This document shows, one piece after another, positions 1 to 12,169 of a stretch of 64,000 bases of DNA; the stretch's first letter is position 1, and every line of letters begins with the position of its first letter. Below the pieces are notes generated by a model. That model saw only the letters and a list, made by a program, of their open reading frames with translations, ran no database searches and was not told the origin of the DNA. The DNA comes from Marsupella aquatica (taxonomy: Eukaryota > Plantae > Marchantiophyta), in contig OZ316891.1 in the NCBI GenBank assembly GCA_973895155.1, forward strand, positions 19,679,048 to 19,743,047. Reading direction: 5' to 3'. The position numbers and the translations under genes are program-made.

Positions 1-510
1 TGTGTGTGCTTAATGTAAGTGGATCTTATACTAATGTATCAAGGGTTAACTAACCCTAATAAGGCCAGACATTCCTTAGACAAGGTATATGTTTGATGAA
101 CCCAAACAAAACTTTCTCCCTAACCAACCCCGTGAGGTTTTGGGTAAGTTGATTTAAAGTCTATCAATGGCATGGATCACTCATGGGGCCCACCAAGTAG
201 AACCCTTATTGGCTATTGGGGCCCAATTTTTTTCACTTTCTGGTCACAGACTTACAGCCTAGTATCTGTGTGCCCAGACCATTATCATCCTACACGAAGG
301 AATCAACTATGTCTTTGGCATGGGTTCATATTCATATACCATCCAAGCCAAATGAAAAGAGAGAACCATTTGGATGAACATAGACGTTTGACAACAAGCC
401 TAGATAGACTCATAGAACCCTGATAGACACAAACCATACATAAAACTATACTCCTATAACACCTTTACATGGTTTTCCAGAGTACTTTCTCCCGTCTTGT
501 TATGCGGTGG
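1..510. repeat. Fragments of a dispersed repeat family also present at ~2320-2860 and ~35300-35350
   Basis: By-eye similarity: 15-70 (GGATCTTATACTAATGTA..TAACC) to 2765-2820; 400-505 (CATAAAACTATACTCC..) to 2330-2445; 232-280 (TCACTTTCTGGTCACA) to 35305-35345. Boundaries approximate. Confidence 0.5.
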
Positions 511-981
511 GCTCATCAGTCTATCACGTAGAAGGAGAGGCTCCCATGGTACTTTGTGATACTAGTGTTTAGATCACCCATCTTTTGGCATGGGTTCGTA
601 TGTGTATCCCTGCCCTTCCTTTTATTTTGATATTGCATCTTAACACTCCAAGCCAAATCAATGAATTAGTTTGTGGACCCCTTATTACTGCCGATTAGTT
701 CGTAACTTGGAAGAAATCTTGTTGAACATTTTGACCTCCGATGCTCTCTAGTTGGACAACCCAGAAAATTGATCCCATCACAAATTCCACCCATCCACGC
801 AACAGCAGCAACTCACTCGGATTCCAGTGCATAGCCTACATTAGGACTGATTTTATGTAACCTCTGTCTCCTCTCCTTTTCTCCACTAGCTGCCTCGCTA
901 TGCTAATGACACCAGATTGGCCACTGACCAGACCACGATGCTTTGATTGAATTCTACTTGATTGAGCTTTGCACCGAGTCT

Positions 982-1031
<50 letters not shown>
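982..1031. repeat. (CT)n microsatellite
   Basis: About 24 CT units, seen directly. Confidence 0.97.
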
Positions 1032-1034
<3 letters not shown>

Positions 1035-1134
1035 CATTATCTAATTATGAACCCAACCCAAACATTCCAATACGGGAATGTCATTTCTCGGTTCTTTTTT
1101 TCACTTCTTCAAATATTTATTGTCGGTAACTTGG

Positions 1135-2285
1135 CAGTTTGAGTCCAAATGGCCCTCAACCCATTTCTTAAACTTATAAGTACCAATTGGGTTGAGGGCC
1201 CTTGATCTCCTTGGTAATGAAAAAATCTACCAATGTTAGATTCATTCTCAATGTTATGATTTTTTTAAATGTCTCTGAGTGTTTAGCACAAAAGGTTCTT
1301 TGAGAGATGAGTGAGAAATGAGATCATGATTTTCTGAATTTCTGTTGGTTTTGAATGAGCATCACATTGGTACATTTTGCCAAGTACCAAGTAAATCATA
1401 AGTTAAATACCAATTTTTCTAGGTTTCCAATGAGCGTCAGATTGACAAATTTTGTCAAGTTCCAAATGAGTTTTTGAATTTCTCTGTCTTTCCAATGAGT
1501 GTGACAATAAGAAATTTTGATCATGAGTTCATGAATTCTTTTAGCTTTCCAACATTGAGTCCGACATTGACAAATTTCATGTCAAGTTTTGTCACGGTAC
1601 TAAAGAGATCATGAGGTTTTCAATCTCTCTAGCTTTTTGACGTGCGACATTGGGAGTATTTGTCAAGAATTAGAGAGATCATGAGCATCCAAAATTTCTC
1701 TAGTTTTCCAATGAATCTAACATTGATAGATTTTGTCAAGTACTAAGGAGATGATGAGTTTCTAATTTTGTTCTAGCTTTCCAATGAGTGTGACATTGAG
1801 AGATTTTATCAAGACAATACTAAAGAGGTCATGAGTTTCTAAATCTTGATGTTGAGCTTTCCAATGAATCTAACATTGACATATTTCATCAAGTACTAAG
1901 GAGATTGATTATTTTGTTTTACAATGTGAAGCCAAAGGGGTTCTAACTATGTACATTTCTATCGATTGGTTTTTTCAAACTTGCAAACAATTAAAAAATA
2001 TATAAGCATTTTGATGTAAAACACTGATATATCATTGACAAACATCAGAATGGTAATTTTATTTTACTAAATAACATCTCTTCCTTTGTATTCTGGTTTT
2101 TTTACGCTTAATATTTACAGCATGGCGCCCCATAATTTACACAAGTATAAACACAAACATGACAAGGACCTTTTCATTTTCCAAAAAACCTGCTATGTCG
2201 TGTTTGTCACCATCTTTGCTGATGTGGCGCATCCTCGTGCCAGGGAATTTGCAAGGAGCCCCTCATGGGGGTCCATAAATATACA
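1135..2285 (+). mobile_element. Non-autonomous element with internal ~70-bp tandem array and hairpins at both ends (copy 1)
   Basis: Left 13-bp perfect hairpin GGCCCTCAACCCA...TGGGTTGAGGGCC (1151-1200); about 8 degenerate 65-80 bp units (CCAATGAGTGTGACATTGACAAATTTTGTCAAG...); right end GGAGCCCCTCATGGGGGTCC. Co-linear with the reverse complement of 24580-25790. Confidence 0.75.
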
Positions 2286-3071
2286 TCTCTTCATAAAAGA
2301 TTGGATAGAAATAAAAGTTTGACAGCGTGCTTGGATACTCATAAAAGCCTAGTGGACACAAATCAAACATAAAACTATACTCCCATACCACTATTCTCAC
2401 TTTTTCAGAATACTCGGGAGGATACTTTGCTCCTGTTTTGTTACAATATATGCTTTGAGTGCATCATAAAATTGGTCATTTTGATATTTACTTAATGTAG
2501 AATAGATTAGTGCAAGTTTCTACATCTTTTTGATGTCTCTTCCATGACCCCCATGAATAATGTGTAAGAAACAGTCTGCTCCAAACTAGACATCAACGCG
2601 AAACATGAGAGAACTCAATCCCACACTACACCAACAAGACACCACGATAGAGAAATTCCTGAAGTATCCATAGCTCATTAGAAAATACATGTGAAGAATG
2701 AGGGAGAGAATGTTCTCCTTCCAACCTATACCCCCCAAGGGGACAGAGATATGTGAGCCTAAACTAACTGGATCTTATCCTAATGTAATCTTGGGTAATT
2801 AACCATAGTAAGCCCAAATTAACTAGTAACCGGGAACTCAAGCCAATTCCTAACATAATGTTCACCTAAAATATTGGATATACCCCTCCATCATAATGAC
2901 ATTAAAGATATATACTCTAATGTAAAACAGATCTCGTTATCCAAAACACTTGTCATTATGATATATATATATATATACTAACAATTTGGATATCATATGG
3001 ATATGCAAACCACTCTAGTGATGTATGTCCATCCAAGTCTCCATAACCAACTGTCTATGAGGGCTCTTCTT

Positions 3072-3534
3072 CCCTCGTTTCTTTTCTTTCCAAATGAAAC
3101 CTCCCCAAGATAATGACCAAATTGAGTTGTTTTGTATGTATGCAAAACTCTTGTGAAGGTGCTTCAGGGTTCTTTCATTGGCTGCAAAAATTATGGGACA
3201 GCTAGGCCAAGGGCGAGCTCGAGATATAGAATGAGCTTTCTGATATGTTGGTTGTCCTTTCTCTTTCTCTGCCTACACTAGCTGGAAAAGACTCCCAGGC
3301 TTTTCTGCCCTCTTTTCTTTCTTCCAAATGAAACCTCCCCAAGATAATGACCAAATTGAGTTGTTTTGTATGTATGCAATACTCTTGTGAAGGCACTTTA
3401 GGGTTCTTTCATTGGCTACAAAAATTATGGGACAGCTAGGCTAAGGGCAAGCTCGAGGGGTAGAATGAGCTTTACTTTTCTTCTGAGATGTTGGTTGTCC
3501 TTTCTCTGCCTATACTAGCTGGAAAAGACTCCCA
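3072..3534. repeat. Tandem duplication, ~236-bp unit x2
   Basis: TTCCAAATGAAACCTCCCCAAGATAATGACC...GGAAAAGACTCCCA occurs at ~3072-3297 and ~3308-3534 with few differences. Confidence 0.92.
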
Positions 3535-3864
3535 AATGAACCAGAACAATTGACAAACAACTTGACAGACCATTGCAACCTTGCTGGATGACCCCTTGAC
3601 TCTAAGTTTATTCAAACTCAATTACACGTCTATTGTAGTTTAACTATTTCATGTTAGAAGCTTGGCGAGTGTAGCTACAAAAAATAGTAGGAATGACTTA
3701 TTGTCCCAAATGCCTATTTGTGTTGTTTCAATAATAGTAATTAAAATAAGGGGGTTCTACATATCAAATAAGTAATTTTAAATTATTGATAAGGTTTAAA
3801 AAATAAAAAAAATTGAATTAGGTCAGGAGGGCAAGTGGTATCCCAGAAATTACATTGTGAGCAA

Positions 3865-4080
3865 TCATTACGGACCCCCATGAGGGGTCCCTTGCAAATT
3901 CCCTAGCACAGGAGCACACCACATCAGCAGCACCCGCAACAAACAAGAATATTTGTATTTGTGAGTCCAATAACTGCCATCCATCATGTTTGTGACAGTT
4001 TTTGCGTAAAAACAATGCCGTCAAAAGAGGATGTAAGAAAATTAAAAATAGAAAGAATGAAATGACTAAAAGTTTCACTT
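3865..4080 (-). mobile_element. Terminal fragment of the same hairpin-ended element family
   Basis: ATCATTACGGACCCCCATGAGGGGTCCCTTGCAAATTCCCT matches the reverse complement of 2240-2280 and matches 24584-24625 directly. Confidence 0.7.
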
Positions 4081-4859
4081 ATAAACTTTTTAGTTACAAT
4101 TGTAATTTCAGCAAAAAATAAAAATTCATTCCAAAATTTTGATTGGAACACATAATTCATTTCACCAAAAACAGATATGTAAGTGTTTACCAGTGGAAAA
4201 TAAGTTGCATAACTACTTAATAATAACTACCTTGAGCTGTTGAGTCATACTACCATAGCAGTAAGGTGCCATATTGTCATCCAATGCCCGGCAGACTTGC
4301 TACTCCTTGAGCTTTTGATGCCCCGTCTCAACAGATTGGTAAAATTCCATGCCTGTGCTCCATTTGCCAGCAATTAACTTTTTTTGTGATCATGTGTGCC
4401 CAGACGATCTAAGCCTTGTGTTGCCAATTTGAAAGATGCATTGACTTATAACTTTGTGAGTCAAGCTCAGCTGACGTTGTCGTGTTTACACAAAGATCGG
4501 TGAAAGGAGGACTCCTCTGTGCACGGGTCAGTCTTTGGAAATTCTGGTCTTGCTTTCCGCTTCTCAGTTTATCCTACTGTTCTAATCCATCCAAGGTCGT
4601 TATTGAATTCAGATCAAGCAGCGTAGAAGGATCCTCATTTCCCTAGTTTCACTCATCAGAGAATGAATGAATTGTACAGGTCTCCAGTCCCGGAGTCCAT
4701 TGACAAAAGCGTTCCCTCCATAGGTGACATGGCCGTTATGAAAAAAAAATCTACTATAGGTTTGGAGGATAAAATGGCCGTTTTCAATGCTGCATTGTAT
4801 ATCGTAGATGAATGGAATCACTATACTGATCAAATAGCGATGGGTTGATGAACTTTCAG

Positions 4860-4955
4860 GTTAAGATTAGTGGCTATGCATTGATTGGAGGAGGGTGTGG
4901 CATAGAACATGTTGATGTCTCCGTGAATGGTGGTAAAACTTGGACTGATGCAACT
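4860..4955 (+). pseudogene. Isolated sulfite oxidase exon fragment (Moco dimerisation domain)
   Basis: After the acceptor ctttcAG (4858-4859) it reads VKISGYALIGGGCGIEHVDVSVNGGKTWTDA, matching the plant sulfite oxidase motif GYAxSGGGRGIERVDxSxDGGKxW. No other sulfite oxidase exons were found nearby. Confidence 0.85.
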
Positions 4956-6267
4956 CAAGACAAAAACCATACAAGATTCAAATTCATCCAGAATCCAGCA
5001 TGCTCAAGTGGATAGCATCCAGGTGGTTGTACATCAAAACGTTGCACCTGGATAAGTAGAAGGAACAACATTAATGATATAGAAAAATAATTTGGTTTAT
5101 TATGGTATGAGGAATCAAGTGACCCAATGGGAGAGTCCACAGTATACTGCATGCTGTTGTTGTTTTCTTACACGGCTGTGCAATTCTAGTCAGGCCATTG
5201 TATGAAACTAACCCCAGAATTACCTTGGTCCTCCCCAGGCAGTTGCAAATACACCTTCTTTATAGAAGATTTGAAACATCCCCAAGGATTTTGTAACTTG
5301 CATAATTAACCAATTATATCAGTACACCTCCAACCATAGGCACTCTCCTTCTCCAATTTATAGACCACTTTGTCCAATTGGCATCATGCATTTATTTTTG
5401 TTTGTCTTGTTGGGCATTGCATTATTTAGATATGATACAACTAATTAAACAACTTTTGAAAACAGAACCTCTCTTTCCCTTAAAACTATCTAAAAGAATA
5501 GAGGTTTTAAGCTTTAAATATTAGAAGTTCAATACCTAATTTCATAGTTTACATTTTTCTAAATCAAAGCAATAATTAAATCCCATATTTCTACTGTAGA
5601 TTTATCGAGGATAACTAACATTTTGACATTCTTAGCTTTTCAAAAATTTAGCTAATGTCACAAAACAAAACCTATTTGGATAGCACAATGTTTTACAATT
5701 TTTGGCAGTCCACCACCCCAGTGAGATAGTAGCTTCTAATAATATCAGGTTTTATGTAAAAGTAAATTAGAGACTAAATTTCCACATTAGAATCACAAGA
5801 GTAGTACTTTTCGGAGACAGACCGAAGAAATGGTGGTTTCACTCTGGCAATTGGCAGTATTTCTAGTATCCAAGTCCTTTTGGCTGAAATAATGCAAGCT
5901 TCAGAACCTTACAATGAGTCTGACAATGATCAAAATAATGAATAGCAAAGTTTGAGTGGGTGGTGGTTGCATGACATTCAAGCAACGTTCACTAACTGTA
6001 GAGAGAAGAGGGGCATTGGAGTTCTAAAATCTATATTTTCAAGAAGATTATCCTTGAGAGGAATTGAAATGGATATACGCACATAATATACCTATTGGGA
6101 AATTCACGCAGTGGTGCATCAGGGACACACCTTTCCAAGTCAAACTATATAGCTTCAAAAAACTGGGATTTGATATTTGGGTGGCAAAAATAAATTGTGT
6201 TATTTTCGGAATTGAAAGCTTTTGGTACTTCTCTCTACTTTTCTTGCAAAGTTTTAGTTTTTTCTGA

Positions 6268-6350
6268 AAGTTTAGATTGAAAAAATCTATCCCTGCACCA
6301 CTCATGCCTGGTTGAGATTTCAGGGATAGATTTTTTTTCTATCTAAACTT
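6268..6350. repeat. Imperfect inverted repeat (~29-bp stem hairpin), possibly a MITE remnant
   Basis: AAGTTTAGATTGAAAAAATCTATCCCTG ... CAGGGATAGATTTTTTTTCTATCTAAACTT. Confidence 0.75.
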
Positions 6351-6730
6351 GCACAAAAAGTCCACGGCCTTTAAGGATAGATTTAGTCTCTTTCAAAGGA
6401 CTCAATCAAATCAACTAAAGACCTAAGGTATAAGACAAACAATTTTGTACAAAAATGCACCTCTGATCTAAATTCTTTCTATCAAATGGATGGAGAAACC
6501 ATGTCACACAAGTAGTTTAAAATCGCACATGGAACGTTCCCCACAAATATGTAGTGGCAAATTGATTTCCTTGCACGCTTACATAACCAAGCTTCCACTC
6601 ACTACTGCATTTCTTATTCTTAAGCTAGGATTGGGATGGCCAATTTAATCCAAGAGGATCCAAGCAGCTGAACAAGGAGATGACTTTCTCTAACTGTGAC
6701 AAGAGAATGACTTGATCAGACACGCATTCC

Positions 6731-7792
6731 TTGGATCAACAAGGGGTCCACGGATTAATTATAGCTAAAATCTCAGAAGATGACATAAACATTATACTTT
6801 CCCTAGGTTTTGAAAAACTCCCACCATGTGAGGAGGTTGAAAATCTTGGACACACTAAGGAACTACTTTCTCCTTATAATGACGAACTACGTTCTGCTTA
6901 TGAGGAGGAATCTCAATGATATGAAACAACAAATCTGCAGCAGATACTCAAAGCCAAAGTATTGCCCATGTATGTTTTACAGAGCATAAATTGTCACTTC
7001 AATTTTATTTTTCATTTGCTTGCAGTTTCCAATGATACAAAGACTGGTTGCTTTGTACTTTGTGCTCCATGGTTCACAGTTAAGTTGAAACAGTTGCGGT
7101 AGGAATAAGGTTTATGCAAAAGGCAACAAGTAATTTGGGTTATAACCAGAAATTGAAGCCAGGATGGACCTGCGCATCTGCCAAAATACTTGGAGAGACT
7201 TCTGCAACAAAGATGGACTGCAATGAAACACTCGTTTTTGCTTGTATCGGACTTTCATTGCACCCACAAGTGAATTGTGGCAAGAAATTAAACAGACATC
7301 TTTGGAAGTTCGCAGGTCTCTCAATTTCAATGAAGTTCGATGATGTTAAGCTCATGGAAAAGAACTTTCCAAGCCGTTTGCGAACAAACCCAGGAAAATC
7401 AGATTCTATTTCGCATTGACGGAGATACTGAATGCCAAAGTCACCTTCTCAAAGACTTTCGGAAATGCGGAGTATGGGAAGTAAGAAACAGGCGTTATTA
7501 CTATACATGCCATCTCAACACAATCCGCACTTTCGCATCCTTCATTGGGAAAGGAAAAAAACGCAAATATTTTGCTCGAAATATGTGGACATCAATCTTT
7601 AGGTATCATCAGCTTACAAATCTTGGTAAGTCTTTGGAAAAGCTGCGAAGACTTTGCTGGGAAGCAGGTGGACATCATTCATTTGATATAAGATTAGAGG
7701 TCTTGGTCAGTCTATCTAATAACTTTATGACAGACATAAATGCAGCATGTCAAGATAGAACTTTCCTTGTAATGGTGAACACCGGCAATTGA
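6731..7792 (+). pseudogene. Decayed coding-like region of unknown family
   Basis: Protein-like frames MDLRICQNTWRDFCNKDGLQ*NTRFCLYRTFIAPTSELWQEIKQTSLEVRR, then a frameshift into the 150-aa ORF 7340-7792. Contains an internal stop. No family recognised. Confidence 0.3.
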
Positions 7793-8220
7793 GTTGGTCA
7801 GTTTGAGGGTCAGTATCATTTTGTTACAGATACACTTCCATGTGCGGCCATACATACATATAGCTTTGACAGAGCACTTTATTGACCCAAGTGAGTGACA
7901 GCCTTTTGCAAAGCTAGTTACAAAACTTGCTGAGATATGAAAGAGAATGTAGGAGCTAAAGTACAGTATAGGCAGGGTGTGCGAAGACATTCACCCATGA
8001 ACTCGACCAAAATTGAAGAATAATTCATCCCACGTACAGAAAGGGCAATCCATAGTCCACTAGGGGTGACGGCTTAGGTGTCAGCATCTCAAACGGCAGA
8101 GAGCAAGACACGTCCTATAATCCCACACTCAAAGTTTTTCCTGGACTATTGCATGTCGAATTGTGATTGCTTTAAATGAGAGGAGACCGCAAATGAGAAG
8201 CTAACGATATCCTGGATTTT

Positions 8221-11200
8221 TCAAGATGCTTTGGCCTCAGAAATCAGGCTTTGAGGTGTGGCCACTTCTAAATGGCTTTTCCAGGACAGATACGCATTCC
8301 AGAAGAGGGCAGTGAAATTTGCAAAAGCCACCTGCACGTTGCATCAGTATAGCAAATCAAACAAAGCCACGGCCTGTCACTTCCAGCCAAAATGACAAAA
8401 TCATTCACCATTTGAACGAAGCCGAACAAAAAGCTTCAGTCATACAGATTTCAAATGCTAGAAAAAATCAAGTTCTCAGTCCACAAAGCCGAACTACCAG
8501 GAGTGGAGACAAGAAAATTGGCCTTTGCAAGCAAATGTCGCCTTCCATTAGAAGACAGTCTGGGGAATACAACTACTTGATTGGCACAGCAAGGCAGACA
8601 AGAGGGGACTTAGAATTGTCCCGGCAGCAAAATTTGAATGACTTGCCTGTAATTTTAGCGGCACCAACCAGAAATTGATGATTTGAGCAGGAATCCAAAT
8701 TTGCCAATTCACCAGTACAGCAGACCACCAGTCCTGTACCACCAATCGTGGCATATATATACAAATAATTAACATTTCCCCCGTGGCAAGCTATCTCTAG
8801 CAAGAAATGAATGAAATTGACTCATGTAAATAGAATTGTCAGGAACATGTAGTGGTCGTCAGATACATCCTAAAATATGTCCTATAGAAAAACTCACTCG
8901 AGAGGTACAGATATACAACCTGTTTCAGCTTAGCGGTGATCTGCTTAGGATTTCCTTCCAATGTCATCAAGCAACTGATAAACGTTGCGATAAAGGTTGG
9001 GGAAAAGAGGAACTGACACAAACAAGAAACCACCAAGAATTTGAAGATTCAGTCCTTGAAGCATTAACAAGCCAGCATTAAGACACTTTCTTTTGAGACA
9101 ATTGGAGCGGCTTAGGACTGTTTTATCTCCTCTTGCATCTGAGAGGTCAACTAGAGGGCTGTACAAAAGCAATAGTACCTGATCGAGGACCAGTCGAATG
9201 CCAACCCCAGCAGGCCCACCAACTGTTACCAGTTTGCTTAGAGTAGAATACCTAATCAGAAGTCACATTTGCAACACACTTAAAACAGAATCATTAAGAC
9301 ATCACGAAAGTCAACTCTTACAAGAATCCAACTATACTAGACTATGTATGTGCCAAAATAAAGAAAAGAAATTCTGGTATCAGAGTGACAAAAGTTGGAG
9401 GGTTTTCAACGCACCAGAAATGTAAAGTGGGCCCAACCAATCCAAACCCTAAAAATGTCATGGCAGCAACGCGCTTTCCATCCAGGTTTTCAGCTTTCTC
9501 CAAATAAAACTGCACGCACATGGACAAGGCTTGGCCATGAGCAATACAAGACGCGGACCATATTTTTAACAGGAAATCTAATGAACGTTTCTAAAGGATT
9601 GTCATAGAATGAATATTATCGTGCAACTGTTGCTCCCAGGGTGGAGGGGGACAGGGACTAAAAGCTGCTTGCCTATCCATTCCCCATTCCCTCTGTTTCC
9701 TGAAGGTTCAGTGCATCTCATATTCGGCGATTCACTGTACCATAAATTGAAGTCAAATTGACGATGGGCTGGACCAGCTGAAGGGCAACCATGATCTCCA
9801 CAGAGCCAAAATATTGACTCGCCTTCCAGACCCCGCCAGAAGAATCGCCTAGTGAAGTCAACTACGGACAATTGCAAGGGCAGAGAGAGAAAGAGGAGGA
9901 ACTCACTTGGCAAAAGACATCTCCAATGAAAGTGAGGATAGCTGACGTCATGGACTTTGTGAGAATTGGGTTTGTGTCGAGTAATCCGAGGTACCTGCCA
10001 ATATGAGATTGCAGAATAAATATACTAACACTGCTTAAACCTCGCATGACAAGGGAACCGTTCTAGTAGTCCAATTTTCGGCAGCACAGGATGGCAGACT
10101 TATATACAGAGATTACCATTTTTTAGCAACTGAATTGACTGTACAATTCAAGCGTTTTGTTTTGGCCTTTTTTCATTTCAATTTCCCTCTGGAGGTTGGA
10201 GATTGCGCAAGCTGAACGTCTGTAAAGATCCAGAGACATAAATTTGACCAACTCCAGGGACGAGAGAACGAATGAAGGTTGGGCGACCCAATCTAGATGA
10301 GGGCATTGGTGAAGGACTTTTCAATAGGCTGGCTAGCTGGACAGGTGAAGAATTGAACTGATGAATGATTGAATCAATCAAAGGATTAGCAGTGACTAAA
10401 TTTAGCGATTGTATGCATGGATGGAGGGTTGGATGGGTGGACGGATGAAAGAATTAGTGTATGAATGGATGGAGGGACGAAAGAAAGAATGTGTAGATGA
10501 ATGAATGAATGAAAGAATAAAATGTATGAAACGAGGTTTTGAATTCAGGGGGGAATCCGGTGCCTCGTTAAACAGATGAACGTAATCTATTGACTACAAA
10601 AGAACCAAAGGATCAGACTACCCTGCCGGTCTGATCACTTCGTGATCGGAAGTGCACCTCTAACCAACAGTATGGGCTTAGGCAACTCCGGGGCTCCAAG
10701 GAGCACGGACAGCGAAGAAACCATGCTGCAGATGCTCAAGCCAAGCCAGCTCAAGAGAGCAATTACACTACAGCTAAAATTCGTCCATAGACATTGGATG
10801 CGGACTACAGAGAGGAACCGTTACCAAGCCCAGATTCGCCATCTCCCTTGGTCTCCCGCTCCACTACTACTGCTTCCTCCACCATTTCCATTTCCACCTC
10901 CTCGTCCTCCTCCTCCACTACCCCGGTTCCCAATCCCGCTCCCATTTCCGCCGCCACTCTCAGCGGACGCATAGCGACGAGACAAAACACCGCGCGCCTG
11001 GAAAGCAAGCAAAGAAGAGGTCGAATTGTGCGACTCCCTGCTCCCAAACTGCCCACTAGTGCAGCCAACGAAGGCAGAGGAAGCAGAGGCCGGGTTGCTA
11101 CGGCCGCGTAGAATCGGTGCCGCAACATTCGCAGGCGCGATGGAGATCCGCTGTGCAGGTTTCCATCCTCCACTACTGGTGTGCGAGGCGATGGAGCTCA

Positions 11201-11312
11201 GCCGGTAAGAGAAAGATTTGGCAGAAGCTGAAGCAGTGCTGTTGGTGGTGGGCAAGAGGTGCCGTCCAAGCAGTAAGCGCCCGGATTGCCCTCGCAACAT
11301 GTTGCACGTCAT
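8221..11312 (-). CDS. Mpv17/PMP22 (PXMP2/4) family membrane protein with N-terminal organelle presequence and Gly-rich linker; 7 exons
   Basis: Exons 11312-10825, 9994-9907, 9509-9415, 9251-9179, 9012-8920, 8733-8647, 8331-8221 splice in frame. Motifs WYLGLLDTNPILTKSMTSA..GDVFCQ, GPTLHFWY, RLVLDQFLFSP, NWQIWIPAQIINFWLVP, FWNAYLSW. The last intron has a GC donor. Confidence 0.95.
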
Positions 11313-12169
11313 TGAGAGGGGGGGGGGGGGGAGGATGATTGACTGGCTGTATAGTACACTACTACCACTGAGACAGTTCTGTCATTCCTTCATTCACGAG
11401 ACTGATTAGAAAACGCTTCACGGAACACCAACAATCGTCCTCCGAACAGCTTCTCCAAAACCGGTCTTCCACGTCGTCTGGAACCCACTCTTGTCTAGGG
11501 TTTATGGTTTTTCAGGGGTTTTATGCTTTTCCAAGCCATGCAACACCGCAAAAGAGAATAAATGCACCGAATCACAAGACGAGGCCCACAAGTGCAAAAA
11601 CCCAAATAAAGGGAGGACAGGATTTATGTTCAATCCTATTCAATTCAACTCAATGCCTGAGCATCCAGGGAATGTAGGGTTTAAGGTTTACCAGGTATAT
11701 GTATATTCAGGTTTCATTGGGAATAACAATGAACCCCAAAGAACCTGCTCGACCACAGTTGTCATGAAAAGTCAGTGTTCATGGCGTCCGTTGCTAAAGT
11801 ACATATAGCAAACAATTCATGTTTATTGTCGTAAACGATGGCTATTCAAACCTGGCACAATTTTCATAAGGTTAACAGATGTAGCAAAGAGTGGGTATCA
11901 CTGGAGGACCAATTGTAATAATTCTGATCTTATCACTGGCAAATTTTTGGAAAGGCTAACTGAAAATAAATGCTGATAAACCCTACGTAACGTTTCAAAA
12001 TCGTGCCAGGTAATGCTTCCAATTAACCTTTTTATTAATTTCAATTACCAGCTACGTTAATTTTTGCGCTTTCTGTGCGGACTACTCAAGTGTATGCCAT
12101 CATTTTCTTTGCGCTACAGACTAGATTTCAGTGGTGCTACGAATGTGAGCAAGCTGGGCGGTGGGAGAT
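11313..12169. promoter_or_regulatory. Head-to-head (bidirectional) promoter region with three telo-boxes and a site II core
   Basis: TAGGGTTT at 11496-11503 and 11675-11682, AAACCCTA at 11978-11985, GGCCCA at 11583-11588, and a long G run at ~11318-11331, all between two divergent start codons. Confidence 0.55.

Noticed and set aside
836-1033. RE-repeat ORF
   Set aside because: Translation of the CT microsatellite.
4860-4955. Nitrate reductase as the source of the Moco-enzyme fragment
   Set aside because: The GIE.VDVS pattern fits sulfite oxidase better than the nitrate reductase KKVTRVEVT pattern.
10642-11208. Pro-rich and Glu-rich ORFs overlapping Mpv17 exon 1
   Set aside because: Shadow frames of the Gly-rich linker codons.
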